DNA of 64,000 nucleotides from Gammaproteobacteria bacterium (GCA_003353785.1 PIVX01000002.1:26902-90901), one strand, 5' to 3'; positions 1 through 9,952 are shown, counted from the first letter of the stretch. The notes: generated by a model not told the origin, from the letters alone. Numbers and translations are program-made.

Positions 1-727
1 CAAAAGGATCACAAATAAAGCTGTTTCCCCAGAAATCTATGCCAGTTTCTGGATTGTTTTGATTTGGTTCAAATCCTACTCTGTTACATGACGCTAAATG
101 GAGTCCGTTGGCAATTGCATGAGAAGTTTGAATAGTTTTCCACGCATTAAGTTGACGTAGTTTTTCCTGAGTTGGATCAGTTGGTGTATAGCCGATTGCC
201 GTTGGGATCAGAATGATATCGGCGCCATTTAAGGCGAGTTTTCGTGCTCCTTCAGGAAACCATTGATCGTAACAGATTAATATACCAAGATTTCCTATCG
301 ATGTTTTGATCGTCAAAAACTCTGGTTCACCACTTGTAAAATAAAATGACTCATTATATTCAGGGCATGATGGGATATGAACTTTACGGTATTTACCTAC
401 TATTAGTCCATTTTTTTCAATTACAACCACGGTATTATATAGTTTATTGTCAAGTGATTTTTCATAGACAGATGCTACAATTATTATGCTTAGATTTTTA
501 GCCAAATTAGCAAATTTAATGATTTCTGGGCTAGGAATAATTTGTGCGAGACTAAAATTTTTTTCATTTTTTGTTTGGCAAAAATAAGGATGTGAGTATA
601 GCTCAGATAATAATACTATATCTGCTTTTTGTTGAGCAGCACGTCGTATATTATTAATAATTTTCTGTTGATTATTATTAAAACTCGGATCTATTTTTTG
701 CTGTATTAAAGCTAATTTAAATTGCAT
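1..727 (-). CDS. aguB: N-carbamoylputrescine amidase (nitrilase superfamily); 3' end runs off the window
   Basis: My own minus-strand translation from ATG at 727-725 reads MQFKLALIQQKIDPSFNN... The catalytic-Cys stretch GILICYDQWFPEGAR has its Cys codon at 274-272, in frame with the start. The gene lies directly upstream of agmatine deiminase. It is absent from the ORF track because it is open at the window edge. Confidence 0.8.
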   Translation of the reverse strand, partial: MQFKLALIQQKIDPSFNNNQQKIINNIRRAAQQKADIVLLSELYSHPYFCQTKNEKNFSLAQIIPSPEIIKFANLAKNLSIIIVASVYEKSLDNKLYNTVVVIEKNGLIVGKYRKVHIPSCPEYNESFYFTSGEPEFLTIKTSIGNLGILICYDQWFPEGARKLALNGADIILIPTAIGYTPTDPTQEKLRQLNAWKTIQTSHAIANGLHLASCNRVGFEPNQNNPETGIDFWGNSFICDPF

Positions 728-756
728 GTCAATTTCCTAGATAGTGCAATTGTATA

Positions 757-1770
757 TTATTTTTTGGCTATTTGGATAGTGCTACAATGAATACCTCCTC
801 CTTGTTGTATTAGAATACGGCAGTCTACAAATGAGATAGCTCTGTTTTTAAAATATTGGCTAAATATGTTTTTAACGGTGTCATCTAATTTAGAATTAAA
901 AGAGGGAATAATTATTGAGTTATTTGTTATAAGAAAATTTAAATAACTGGCGGGAGTTCTTTTGTTATCAATTATTATGGGTGTTGGGAAGGGAATAGGT
1001 ATGAGATCATAAAGCTTATCTTTGGAGTTTGTAATGTTTATAAGTTGTTTTTCTAATTTCATTGATGTTTTATAATGTTCATCATCTGTATTTTGGCATC
1101 TGGAGTAAAATATAGTATTTGGATCAATAAACCTGGCAAAATTATCTATGTGTCCATCTGTATCGTCGCCAGCCAGATAGGTATTTTCTAACCAGTAAAT
1201 TTGCTTTAGATTAAAAATATCTTTAAGTTTTTGCTCTAATATTTCGAGTGGTAAACAGTTACGGTTAGGATTAAGTAAGCATGGCTTTGTAGTTAGCAGT
1301 GTACCATTTCCATCAGTATCAATACTCCCTCCTTCTAAGATTATATTATAGCTTAGTAAATTGTTAATGAGCTCTAGCTGTAGCATTTCTTGTGGAACAC
1401 AATTATCATATTGATGAGAGTATTTATTCCCATATCCATTGAAAATAAATTCTAGATATTTTGTTGTATTATTTTGTTGGCACGATATAGGTCCATAGTC
1501 TCTTATCCAGGTGTCATTAGTTTTGATAATTTTTATTTCTATATTAGCAATATTTGCTTTGGATGATTCGAGTGTTTTTAGAATTTGTTTACTATGGTCA
1601 TTAGAATAAGCCAAGATAACTAGTTTGTCTAAATTAGCTATTATAACGGCTAAATTTGTATAAGTTTTTTGTATTTGGTTGTATTGTGGATACCAACTAC
1701 TAAATTCGTGAGGCCAAGTTATTATTACGTATTCTTGTGGATACCATTCAGGTAATAGAGTTAGCGTCAT
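757..1770 (-). CDS. aguA: agmatine deiminase
   Basis: 337 aa. It has the C-terminal GGGIHCSTIQ catalytic-Cys motif of the agmatine/peptidylarginine deiminase fold, plus WIRDYGP and DGHIDNFARF stretches. It is paired with aguB. Confidence 0.9.
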   Translation of the reverse strand: MTLTLLPEWYPQEYVIITWPHEFSSWYPQYNQIQKTYTNLAVIIANLDKLVILAYSNDHSKQILKTLESSKANIANIEIKIIKTNDTWIRDYGPISCQQNNTTKYLEFIFNGYGNKYSHQYDNCVPQEMLQLELINNLLSYNIILEGGSIDTDGNGTLLTTKPCLLNPNRNCLPLEILEQKLKDIFNLKQIYWLENTYLAGDDTDGHIDNFARFIDPNTIFYSRCQNTDDEHYKTSMKLEKQLINITNSKDKLYDLIPIPFPTPIIIDNKRTPASYLNFLITNNSIIIPSFNSKLDDTVKNIFSQYFKNRAISFVDCRILIQQGGGIHCSTIQIAKK

Positions 1771-1927
1771 AATTAATTTTACTCTTGTTGATCTTACCCA
1801 TATATAAAAATCTAGGGTATAGTTTATTGTATTTATATATTAATCTTTATCAAATATTATTGCATACTAGAAAAATTTATCTAATTTACTGAGAGATGTT
1901 TCAATATTAATCAATTTAAATTTTGAC

Positions 1928-1970
1928 TTATCATACAACTGGCGTATGGCTTAAGTTAATTGTATGATAA
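1928..1970. repeat. perfect 11-bp inverted repeat TTATCATACAA-N21-TTGTATGATAA in the aguA/lolC divergent intergenic region
   Basis: Read directly: arms at 1928-1938 and 1960-1970, 28 nt upstream of the lolC start. The sequence is certain; any function (operator or 5' UTR hairpin) is unknown. Confidence 0.5.
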
Positions 1971-1997
1971 AAACTATTTAAAATTTTTTGATGTCCT

Positions 1998-3248
1998 ATG
2001 TTTAAACTATTTCCTTTGTATGTTGGCTTACGTTATTCGTGTTCTAAAAAACATCAATGGTTTGTTTCTTTCATAGTTTTAGCATCAATGATTGGTATAG
2101 CTCTAGGTGTTTGTGTATTGATAACAGTTCTTTCAGTTATGAATGGTTTTAATGATGAGATAGAAAACCATATATTTAAAATGGCGCCTCACGTACTTGT
2201 AACAAATGTTGATTTTGATAAAAATAAGCAAGTGGAGTTTACTACAGGTATTCGAGATAATAGTTTTGTCAAAAATTTTTCTCCATATATTCTTGAGTAT
2301 GGATTAATTAAAACTTCTGAAGCTTTAAAACCTGTTGTTGTCCATGGGATAGAACCAAGTCAAGAAGGTAGGGTTTCAGCAATTGCGGATAATTTACTGA
2401 CTGGGAAGTTAACGGATTTAGTTTATGGGTCTTATAAGGTTTTGATAAGTCAGAAGCTAGGTCGAGAGCTTGGTTTAGAGTTAAATGATAAAGTTCTTAT
2501 TATGATCCCCAATGCTAAAATTAGTCCGGTAGGTTTAATGCCGAGATATAAACGTTTTACTATTGGTGGTTTTTTTCATGGCAGTAATGGTCTCGGGATT
2601 GATAATAACTATATAATTATTAATATTAAAGACGCCAAAAAATTATATCAATATGATGATAGAATTACTGGGTTTCGTTTGCAAGCTCATAGTTTATATG
2701 AGGCGCCTATTGTTGCTAGCAATATGAGGAAATTGTTACCATTTGATTATTATGTTACTGATTGGACCATGCAATATGGTTCTCACTTAAAAGCTGTTAA
2801 ACTTGAGAAAATGATGATGTTGCTAATTTTATCTTTGTTAATAGTTATTGCAGTATTTAATTTAGTATCGTCACTAGTAATGATTGTAAATGAGAAACAG
2901 CCGGATATAGCTATTCTTAGAACAATGGGGGCTCGTTCTACCACAATATTAAATATATTTTTAGTCCAAGGAAGTTTAGTAGGATTATTTGGTACTATTA
3001 TTGGAGTATCTATGGGTTTACTATTATCTTACAATGTAACATTTGTAGTAGATATTATTTTAAAACTAGTTGACTTAGATGGATTGTTGTCAACAGTATA
3101 TAGAGTTGATCATTTCCCTTCAAAAATTATGCTCGAAGATGTATTAATTGTTAGTACTGTATCAATGTTGTTGAGTTTGCTTGCAACTATTTATCCTGCC
3201 TGGAGAGCATCAAAGTTAAATCCAGTTGAGATTTTGAGATATGAATAA
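1998..3248 (+). CDS. lolC: lipoprotein-releasing ABC transporter permease (LolC/LolE/LolF family)
   Basis: 416 aa. N-terminal LRY...FVSFIVLASMIGIALGVCVLITVLSVMNGF matches the MacB/FtsX-type LolC/E signature, followed by a large periplasmic loop and a C-terminal FtsX-like 3-TM block. Its end overlaps the lolD start. Confidence 0.85.
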   Translation: MFKLFPLYVGLRYSCSKKHQWFVSFIVLASMIGIALGVCVLITVLSVMNGFNDEIENHIFKMAPHVLVTNVDFDKNKQVEFTTGIRDNSFVKNFSPYILEYGLIKTSEALKPVVVHGIEPSQEGRVSAIADNLLTGKLTDLVYGSYKVLISQKLGRELGLELNDKVLIMIPNAKISPVGLMPRYKRFTIGGFFHGSNGLGIDNNYIIINIKDAKKLYQYDDRITGFRLQAHSLYEAPIVASNMRKLLPFDYYVTDWTMQYGSHLKAVKLEKMMMLLILSLLIVIAVFNLVSSLVMIVNEKQPDIAILRTMGARSTTILNIFLVQGSLVGLFGTIIGVSMGLLLSYNVTFVVDIILKLVDLDGLLSTVYRVDHFPSKIMLEDVLIVSTVSMLLSLLATIYPAWRASKLNPVEILRYE

Positions 3249-3927
3249 AATTATGTTATTAGAGTGTAAACAGGTATCAAAAAAATTTTTTGATAAAACA
3301 AAAGATATTTGTATTTTAAATAAAATGGAGTTACAAATCACCAATGGTGAAAGTGTTGCCATTGTTGGACCATCTGGATCTGGCAAAAGTACATTATTAC
3401 ATATACTAGCTGGGCTTGATAAACCAACTAGTGGTGAGATAATAGTAGCTGGGAAAGCATTAAGTAAGTATACAGAAAGAGATTTATGCAGACTACGAAA
3501 TAATGTGTTTGGTTTCGTATATCAGCATCATCATTTATTGAAAGATTTTAATGTAGTTGAAAATATCATGATGCCTTTATTGATCCAAGGGATGAATTAT
3601 GAGCTTGCTAAACGAAAAGCATTGTCATTAATGCATCTTGTCAATTTACAAGATCGTGATTATTTTGCTGTAACGAAATTGTCAGGAGGGGAAAAACAGA
3701 GGGTTGCTATTCTTAGAGCATTGGTGAATGATCCCAAAATATTATTTGCCGATGAACCAACTGGGAACTTATGCCAGGCTACAGCTAGCGGAGTTTATAC
3801 CACTTTGTTAGAGTTAAAGGATAGATTAGACGCTGCTATATTGATAGTAACTCATGATTTACATTTGGCAAGAAAAATGGATAAGGTATATTTATTAGAT
3901 GATGGTAATCTTGTTTTACAAAATTAA
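3241..3927 (+). CDS. lolD: lipoprotein-releasing system ATP-binding protein
   Basis: Walker A GPSGSGKST, signature LSGGEKQRVAILRAL, Walker B ILFADEPTGNL. 228 aa, coupled to lolC. Confidence 0.9.
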   Translation: MNKIMLLECKQVSKKFFDKTKDICILNKMELQITNGESVAIVGPSGSGKSTLLHILAGLDKPTSGEIIVAGKALSKYTERDLCRLRNNVFGFVYQHHHLLKDFNVVENIMMPLLIQGMNYELAKRKALSLMHLVNLQDRDYFAVTKLSGGEKQRVAILRALVNDPKILFADEPTGNLCQATASGVYTTLLELKDRLDAAILIVTHDLHLARKMDKVYLLDDGNLVLQN

Positions 3928-3936
3928 CTGGATAAA

Positions 3937-4656
3937 ATGATGGAATCAGAAATTAAACTCCCGAGGCATGTTGCTATTATAATGGATGGGAATGGTCGAT
4001 GGGCGACTAAAAAAGGTGTTACTAGGAAAGAAGGGCACCTTGCAGGAGTTGAAGCTGCTCTTAAAATAATCACTCATTGTGTAAAATCAGGTATTAATAC
4101 TCTTAGTTTATTTACCTTAAGTAATGAAAATTTAAATAGACCTCCAAAAGAAGTACAAGATTTAATGGGGATCTATATGAGTGTAATAAAAGCAAATTCT
4201 GTTTCATTAAAACAAGAAGGTATAAAAGTTAAATTTATTGGTGATCATGCTGTTTTTTCAGATAAGTTACAATCATCAATGGGGCAATTAGTAAAAAGTA
4301 CGGCTAGTAATTCTAGAATGAATTTGATTATTGCTATGAATTATAGTGGGAAATGGGATATATCTAATGTTGTTATAAAAATTGCTGATCAAATTAAGCA
4401 GGGAGCTATAACTGTCTCTGAACTTACTGTAGATAAAATAAATGATTTTTTTGCAACTAAAGATTGTTTTGAGCCTGATTTACTTATTCGTACGAGTGGT
4501 GAGTATAGAATTAGCAACTTTTATTTATGGCAACTAGCTTATACAGAGTTATATTTTACTGATATATTTTGGCCTGATTTTAATGAAGATGAATTTGATA
4601 AAGCTATAAATAATTTTTCTAATAGAATACGAAGGTTTGGATTAAGAAATGAGTAA
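3937..4656 (+). CDS. uppS: undecaprenyl diphosphate synthase
   Basis: HVAIIMDGNGRWA and RTSGEYRISNFYLWQLAYTELYF motifs. Confidence 0.95.
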   Translation: MMESEIKLPRHVAIIMDGNGRWATKKGVTRKEGHLAGVEAALKIITHCVKSGINTLSLFTLSNENLNRPPKEVQDLMGIYMSVIKANSVSLKQEGIKVKFIGDHAVFSDKLQSSMGQLVKSTASNSRMNLIIAMNYSGKWDISNVVIKIADQIKQGAITVSELTVDKINDFFATKDCFEPDLLIRTSGEYRISNFYLWQLAYTELYFTDIFWPDFNEDEFDKAINNFSNRIRRFGLRNE

Positions 4657-5455
4657 TACGGTATTAAGGGTAATAACGGGAACAATCTTATTATTTTTTG
4701 TTATTTTGTTGCTGTTGGTAGCTTCTAGTTACCAATTTACTTTGATAATAAGTTTATTATACATAGCGGCGACTTTTGAGTGGTTTAAGTTGGTTGGCAT
4801 TAAGAGTGATTTTTTTAAAATAGTATATGGTCTATTGATAATGGGAACTATGTATATTTTGAGTGATCAATTTAGTTCGAACTTGTTATCTTGGATGTTG
4901 ATAATTTATCTAACATTATGGATTACTATAATATTAGCTTTATTCAGTTATCCAAAAAAAACATTTCTATTTAAAAAGATCCCATTAATATGTTGTTCAT
5001 ATTTAGCCATAGTAACAGCATGGTATGGTTTTGTATTGTTAAGATCTCAGCATGCAGGTAGATATTTATTATATTTAGTTATATTTGTAACAATTGCTGA
5101 TTCGGCAGCTTATTTTTTTGGTAAAGTATTTGGTAAACATAAATTATCTACAAAAATTAGCCCTGGTAAATCTGTTGAAGGAGCATTAGCTGGAACTATT
5201 TGTGCAGTTGGTTTTGGTTACTTTACTTTTTTTAATTGCTCTTATTCTCATTTAATGAATTTAACTGCAATGATTTTGTTGGCAATGGTTTCTATAGTAG
5301 GAGACTTATTCATAAGTATGCTAAAACGCAATAGTAATATTAAAGATTCTGGTCATTTATTGCCAGGACATGGGGGTATATTAGACAGAATTGACAGCAT
5401 TAGTGCAATATCTTTTCCGTTTGCTATATATCTGAACGATTATTTGCAAGTCTAG
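4649..5455 (+). CDS. cdsA: phosphatidate cytidylyltransferase
   Basis: Polytopic membrane protein with the CdsA signature SMLKRNSNIKDSGHLLPGHGGILDRIDS. It follows uppS as in the conserved cluster. Confidence 0.9.
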   Translation: MSNTVLRVITGTILLFFVILLLLVASSYQFTLIISLLYIAATFEWFKLVGIKSDFFKIVYGLLIMGTMYILSDQFSSNLLSWMLIIYLTLWITIILALFSYPKKTFLFKKIPLICCSYLAIVTAWYGFVLLRSQHAGRYLLYLVIFVTIADSAAYFFGKVFGKHKLSTKISPGKSVEGALAGTICAVGFGYFTFFNCSYSHLMNLTAMILLAMVSIVGDLFISMLKRNSNIKDSGHLLPGHGGILDRIDSISAISFPFAIYLNDYLQV

Positions 5456-5593
5456 TATGGGTGATATAGATAACGTAGCTTTACTATCTTGAATGGTATT
5501 CTTTTTGGAAAAATACTGGAACGGATAATAGATATGTATTAAAGTTTACCTTTGATTAAAATTGGCTATTAACACGGTATATAAGCGGATATT

Positions 5594-7927
5594 ATGCACA
5601 TAACGAACAAAAAAGTAACAATTGCCGGGTTAGTTTGTTACTTTATCATTTTTGGAATGTCGTTTAGTTGTTTTGCTACAAAAATAACTGATATTAAAGT
5701 GAAGGGTCTGTTTAAAATTAGAGAATCTACTTTTATGGATAATTTATCTATCAAAAAAGGGGATGACTTTGAATCTTCGATGTCTTCAAAAATTATTCGT
5801 GATCTTTATAAAAAAGAGTTTTTTAATAATATCGAACTTACTAGAAAAGGTAGTACGTTAATTTTTAATGTCGTTGAAAGACCGGTTATATCTGCAATTC
5901 ATTTTCATGGTAACAGTGCAGTGCCAAATGATGCATTTTCTCAAGCATTAAAATCTGCGGGTTTGATCAAAGGTAGAATGTTTAATCATGCAAGCTTAGA
6001 GGCTATTGAGCAATCATTAAAAGCTCAATATGCTATGCGTGGTAGAAAAGGTGTAGAAATCGAAACTTCTATTGAAAAATTACCTCGCAATAGAATAAAA
6101 ATTGAAATTAATATAGATGAGGGCTCAGAAAATCAAATAAGGCATATAAGAATTCTAGGAAATAAGAATATTTCAACAAATAAATTATTGAGTGAAACTG
6201 ATATTTCTACAACAGGATTATTTACTTACTTTACCGAAGAAGATAAATATTCTGAGGGAAAAATGAATCGTGCTTTAGAACTTATTAAGAATTATTACAA
6301 AGATCGAGGTTATGCCAAGGTAGCAATAGAATCGGTTAATGTTGGTAAACTGCCGAATATTAACCATGTGAGAGTTGTAATTAAGATAAAAGAAGGTGAT
6401 ATCTATAAAATCAAAGATTATAAATTGACCGGTAACATTGCGGTACCAATTGAGGTATTAGAAAAGCATATTGATCTGAAAAAAGGCCAGCGGTATTCTA
6501 GAAAGGATATTAACAAAATTGTTGAAAATATTAGTACAGAATTAAATGATAGAGGCTATACTTTCTCTGTAGTAGATCCACAGCCGGAATTTGATGATAA
6601 AACTAAAGAAATCTCAATTAACTTCCATATCAATCCTGGCAGGCCTATTTATGTTAGACGAATAATTTTTGTAGGAAATCATAAAACAGCAGATTATGTT
6701 TTGCGTCGTGAATTACTACAGGAAGAGGGAGCCTTATTGTCGGTAAGTAGAGTAAAGGAATCAAAAAGAAAAATGATGAATCTACGTTATGTTGAAGGTG
6801 TTTATGAAGACACTCAGCAAGTTCCTGGTACTAATAATCAGGTAGATATGATCTTTAATGTTACTGAAACTAACATTGCTGAATTCCAAGGACAGGCTGG
6901 GATTTCATCCACTGGCTTTGAAGTAAAAATAGGAATTAATCATTATAATGTATTTGGTACTGGAAAAAGAGCTGGAATTAATTTTAAGCATGATTCATGG
7001 GGGCAAAATATTGCCTTAGACTATTATAATCCTTACTATACTGAAAGTGGTATTGGTAGAGGGTTTAGAGTTTATTATCGTAGAACATCTGTTAATCAAC
7101 GACTAAAGAGTCAGCTTGCTGATTTTAGCATGGATTCATTTGGCACAGGAGTTAATTTCAATATACCTCTAACTGATACTAATAGTATCAATTGGGGGAT
7201 CACCTTGAAGAAAGATAAAATTATCAAATTAGGGGGGGATACGTTAATAAAACAGTATCAAAGTTACGTAGATGCTTTTGGTGATGAATATTATAGCGCT
7301 GCTTTAGATATTGGTTGGGGATATTCAAATTATGACCAGTTTCCTTTCCCGACATCCGGATTAAACGTCAGTGTATCAGGGACGCTTAATTACCCTATTG
7401 TAAAGTATGGTAGATACTATAAGATAGGAACAGAAGTGAAATATTATCAGCCGTTATTTGCTGGGATTATTTTAGGGATGGCAGGAAGTATTAATTTTGC
7501 CGAAAGCTATTCTGCTAAAGAAGCGGTACCGTTCTATCAATACTATAGGGCAGGAGGGGCTTCCTATGAGGGTCAAGTTCGTGGTTATGAAACGGCCTCA
7601 CTTGGACCAAGAAGTGAGCAGACAAAACAAGCAATGGGAGGTAATTTTTTGGTAAATAGTACTTTAGCTTTGATTTTGCCTGATCCGCTAAGCGGTAAGA
7701 AATTTAGAACGTCAATATTTTATGATGTTGGAAACGTATATCAAACTTTTTCTGATCGAAGATTTAAAGGAGATACTAATTCTGGGAGAATTAGAACCTC
7801 TGTAGGTCTTGGTATTCAATGGATAACTCCATTTGGGCCAATTAGATTGAGTTTTGCTTATGCTATTAATCCAGAAAAAGATGATAAGTTAAGTATACCA
7901 GCTTTAAGTTTTCAAACGGGTTTTTAA
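5594..7927 (+). CDS. bamA: outer membrane protein assembly factor BamA
   Basis: 777 aa with a signal peptide, POTRA-like repeats (VRRIIFVGNHKTADYVLRRELL) and a C-terminal beta-barrel ending in F. It lies between cdsA and skp. Confidence 0.95.
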   Translation: MHITNKKVTIAGLVCYFIIFGMSFSCFATKITDIKVKGLFKIRESTFMDNLSIKKGDDFESSMSSKIIRDLYKKEFFNNIELTRKGSTLIFNVVERPVISAIHFHGNSAVPNDAFSQALKSAGLIKGRMFNHASLEAIEQSLKAQYAMRGRKGVEIETSIEKLPRNRIKIEINIDEGSENQIRHIRILGNKNISTNKLLSETDISTTGLFTYFTEEDKYSEGKMNRALELIKNYYKDRGYAKVAIESVNVGKLPNINHVRVVIKIKEGDIYKIKDYKLTGNIAVPIEVLEKHIDLKKGQRYSRKDINKIVENISTELNDRGYTFSVVDPQPEFDDKTKEISINFHINPGRPIYVRRIIFVGNHKTADYVLRRELLQEEGALLSVSRVKESKRKMMNLRYVEGVYEDTQQVPGTNNQVDMIFNVTETNIAEFQGQAGISSTGFEVKIGINHYNVFGTGKRAGINFKHDSWGQNIALDYYNPYYTESGIGRGFRVYYRRTSVNQRLKSQLADFSMDSFGTGVNFNIPLTDTNSINWGITLKKDKIIKLGGDTLIKQYQSYVDAFGDEYYSAALDIGWGYSNYDQFPFPTSGLNVSVSGTLNYPIVKYGRYYKIGTEVKYYQPLFAGIILGMAGSINFAESYSAKEAVPFYQYYRAGGASYEGQVRGYETASLGPRSEQTKQAMGGNFLVNSTLALILPDPLSGKKFRTSIFYDVGNVYQTFSDRRFKGDTNSGRIRTSVGLGIQWITPFGPIRLSFAYAINPEKDDKLSIPALSFQTGF

Positions 7928-7951
7928 TATATAAATGAAAAGGAGAAAAAA

Positions 7952-8473
7952 ATGAGAAAGATTGTCGCTACTATTTTGAGTTTAGCAATAATTGGTTTTA
8001 GTCATGCAAAAGATATGAAGATTGGTGTGGTTGATTTTCAAAAGGTTATTGTAGAAGCTCCGGCTGCTAAAAAAATGAATAGTGAATTGCAGAAAAAATA
8101 TAAGCCACGTAATTCGGAAATAAGGACATTAAAGTTGTCTGTGGAAAAGCAAGAAGCTGAGTTACAAAAGAATGAAAGTATTATGACTGCTGACCAGGTA
8201 GATAAAACGCGTAATAAATTAATCAGTCTTCGACGTTCTCTTGAGCGTAAAGTTGAAGATTTTCAACGTGCTTTACAAGAAGATCAAATCCAGGCTTCCA
8301 AGAAATTCTCTAAAAAAGTGGAGAGTCATGTCGAAAAAATTGGAGAGGAAGGAAACTTTGATATTATTTTACAAAAACAGGCTACTGTATTTGTAAAAGG
8401 GCAAAATAAAAAAGGGAAGAATAAAAAAGGTGGATTAGATATTACTGCACAGTTAATTAAAGTACTTAAATAA
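7952..8473 (+). CDS. skp: periplasmic chaperone Skp (OmpH)
   Basis: 173 aa with a signal peptide, then KIGVVDFQKVI and a K/E-rich coiled-coil body. It sits in the canonical bamA-skp-lpxD position. Confidence 0.85.
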   Translation: MRKIVATILSLAIIGFSHAKDMKIGVVDFQKVIVEAPAAKKMNSELQKKYKPRNSEIRTLKLSVEKQEAELQKNESIMTADQVDKTRNKLISLRRSLERKVEDFQRALQEDQIQASKKFSKKVESHVEKIGEEGNFDIILQKQATVFVKGQNKKGKNKKGGLDITAQLIKVLK

Positions 8474-8475
8474 AT

Positions 8476-9525
8476 ATGGTTTCTTTCTCTCTTAGACATC
8501 TTTCAGACTTAGTGAATGGTGAATGGAGTGGTGAACCCGATATTAAGATAGAAGGTATTGCTCCTTTAGATCGTGCTAATGATAAAAAGATCACTTTTTT
8601 GTTTGATCCAAGGTATATTAAATATTTAGCTGATACTAAAGCAGCAGCAGTTGTTATAAATAAAGAGCATGCTGCCAGTTGTCCGGTTAATTTTATAGTT
8701 GTATCAGATCCATATGTTGCATATGCTATTATTTCTAAGAGTTTTGATAATACGCCTATTTCTGCTAGGAATGTCCATCCTAGTGCTGTAATTGATGATT
8801 CGGTAAAACTTGGAGAAAATGTTAGTATTGGCCCTAATACATCAGTTTATTCAGGAGTTACTATTGGGGATAATGTAGTTATTGGTGCAAACTGTGTTAT
8901 AAGAGAGAATGTTACATTAGGAGATAGTTGTTGTCTTCACGATAGTATTTCTATTTATCATAGTTGTGTTTTAGGAAACAATGTAAGTGTACATAGTGGA
9001 GTAGTAATTGGTGCTGATGGTTTTGGTATTGCTAAATCTGAAGGTCGATGGCTTAAAATATCGCAGCTTGGTTCGGTAACTATTCATGACGATGTAGAAA
9101 TTGGTGCAAATACAACTATTGATAGAGGTGCTATTGATGATACTGTGATCCACCAAGGTGTTAAATTAGATAATCAAATTCAGATTGGTCATAATGTTTC
9201 TATAGGTAGTAATACAGCTATAGCTGGTTGTACTGGAATAGCTGGTAGCGCTAAAATTGGTAAGGATTGCCTTATTGGAGGGAGAGTTGGTATTTCTGGG
9301 CATAATACTATTACTGATAATGTAACTCTAATAGCATTTGCTGGGGTTAGAGGTTCAATAAAAAAACCTGGGGTGTATTCTGGTGGGATCGGTTGTATGG
9401 AGCATAAGAAATGGAATAAGATTGAAGCAAGGATAAAGCGATTAGATAGTTATATTAAAAAGTTAAAAAAATTAGAGCAAAAAATTCAAGTAGAAGAGGA
9501 AAATGATACAAATGATGCAGATTAA
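8476..9525 (+). CDS. lpxD: UDP-3-O-acylglucosamine N-acyltransferase
   Basis: Hexapeptide-repeat left-handed beta-helix (IGDNVVIGANCVI..., HNVSIG...) and the LpxD N-terminal domain. Synteny supports the call. Confidence 0.95.
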   Translation: MVSFSLRHLSDLVNGEWSGEPDIKIEGIAPLDRANDKKITFLFDPRYIKYLADTKAAAVVINKEHAASCPVNFIVVSDPYVAYAIISKSFDNTPISARNVHPSAVIDDSVKLGENVSIGPNTSVYSGVTIGDNVVIGANCVIRENVTLGDSCCLHDSISIYHSCVLGNNVSVHSGVVIGADGFGIAKSEGRWLKISQLGSVTIHDDVEIGANTTIDRGAIDDTVIHQGVKLDNQIQIGHNVSIGSNTAIAGCTGIAGSAKIGKDCLIGGRVGISGHNTITDNVTLIAFAGVRGSIKKPGVYSGGIGCMEHKKWNKIEARIKRLDSYIKKLKKLEQKIQVEEENDTNDAD

Positions 9526-9952
9526 AGAAATAATGAATAAAATTCCCCATAGATATCCATTTATATTGGTTGATAGAGTATTACATGTGGAGAAGTTTGT
9601 TAACCTTAGTGCTATTAAGAATGTTTCTATAAATGAACCTTATTTTAGTGGTCATTTTCCTGATAATCCGGTTATGCCAGGGGTATTAATTTTGGAGTCG
9701 CTTGCTCAGGCAAGCTCTATTTTTGCTCAATTTTCAGGTGCAAATGTAGGTGAAAATGCTATTCAAGTATTTGCTGCTATTGATAATGTTCGTTTTAAGA
9801 GAATAGTTGTACCTGGAGATCAATTAAAACTACAAATTGAATATATAAAACATAAAAAAGGTATTTGGAAAATTAAAGGAACGGCATTAGTCGAGGATGA
9901 AATAGCTTGTAGTGCTGATTTAACAAGTGCCACTAGGGAGTTTAGCGGGTGA
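9503..9952 (+). CDS. fabZ: 3-hydroxyacyl-ACP dehydratase
   Basis: IPHRYPFILVDRV and HFPDNPVMPGVLILE motifs. Several in-frame ATGs (9503-9533) make the exact start uncertain. Confidence 0.95.
   Translation: MIQMMQIKEIMNKIPHRYPFILVDRVLHVEKFVNLSAIKNVSINEPYFSGHFPDNPVMPGVLILESLAQASSIFAQFSGANVGENAIQVFAAIDNVRFKRIVVPGDQLKLQIEYIKHKKGIWKIKGTALVEDEIACSADLTSATREFSG

Noticed and set aside
8971-9156. Short ORFs (60-129 aa) antisense or out of frame inside confident genes. Examples: 8971-9156, 9820-10122, 12211-12399, 13408-13593, 15877-16242, 19912-20223, 21316-21501, 23125-23349, 24110-24292, 24616-24810, 28172-28375, 34021-34290, 34581-34931, 36107-36433, 36811-37062, 39308-39526, 40251-40559, 45757-45963, 46093-46281, 47433-49253 (several), 53219-53437, 55402-56442 (several), 56456-56845, 57573-57755, 61979-62215 and 62717-63022.
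   Set aside because: Each is fully embedded in a longer ORF with clear family motifs. Their translations are low-complexity or hydrophobic with no recognisable motifs, so they are shadow ORFs.
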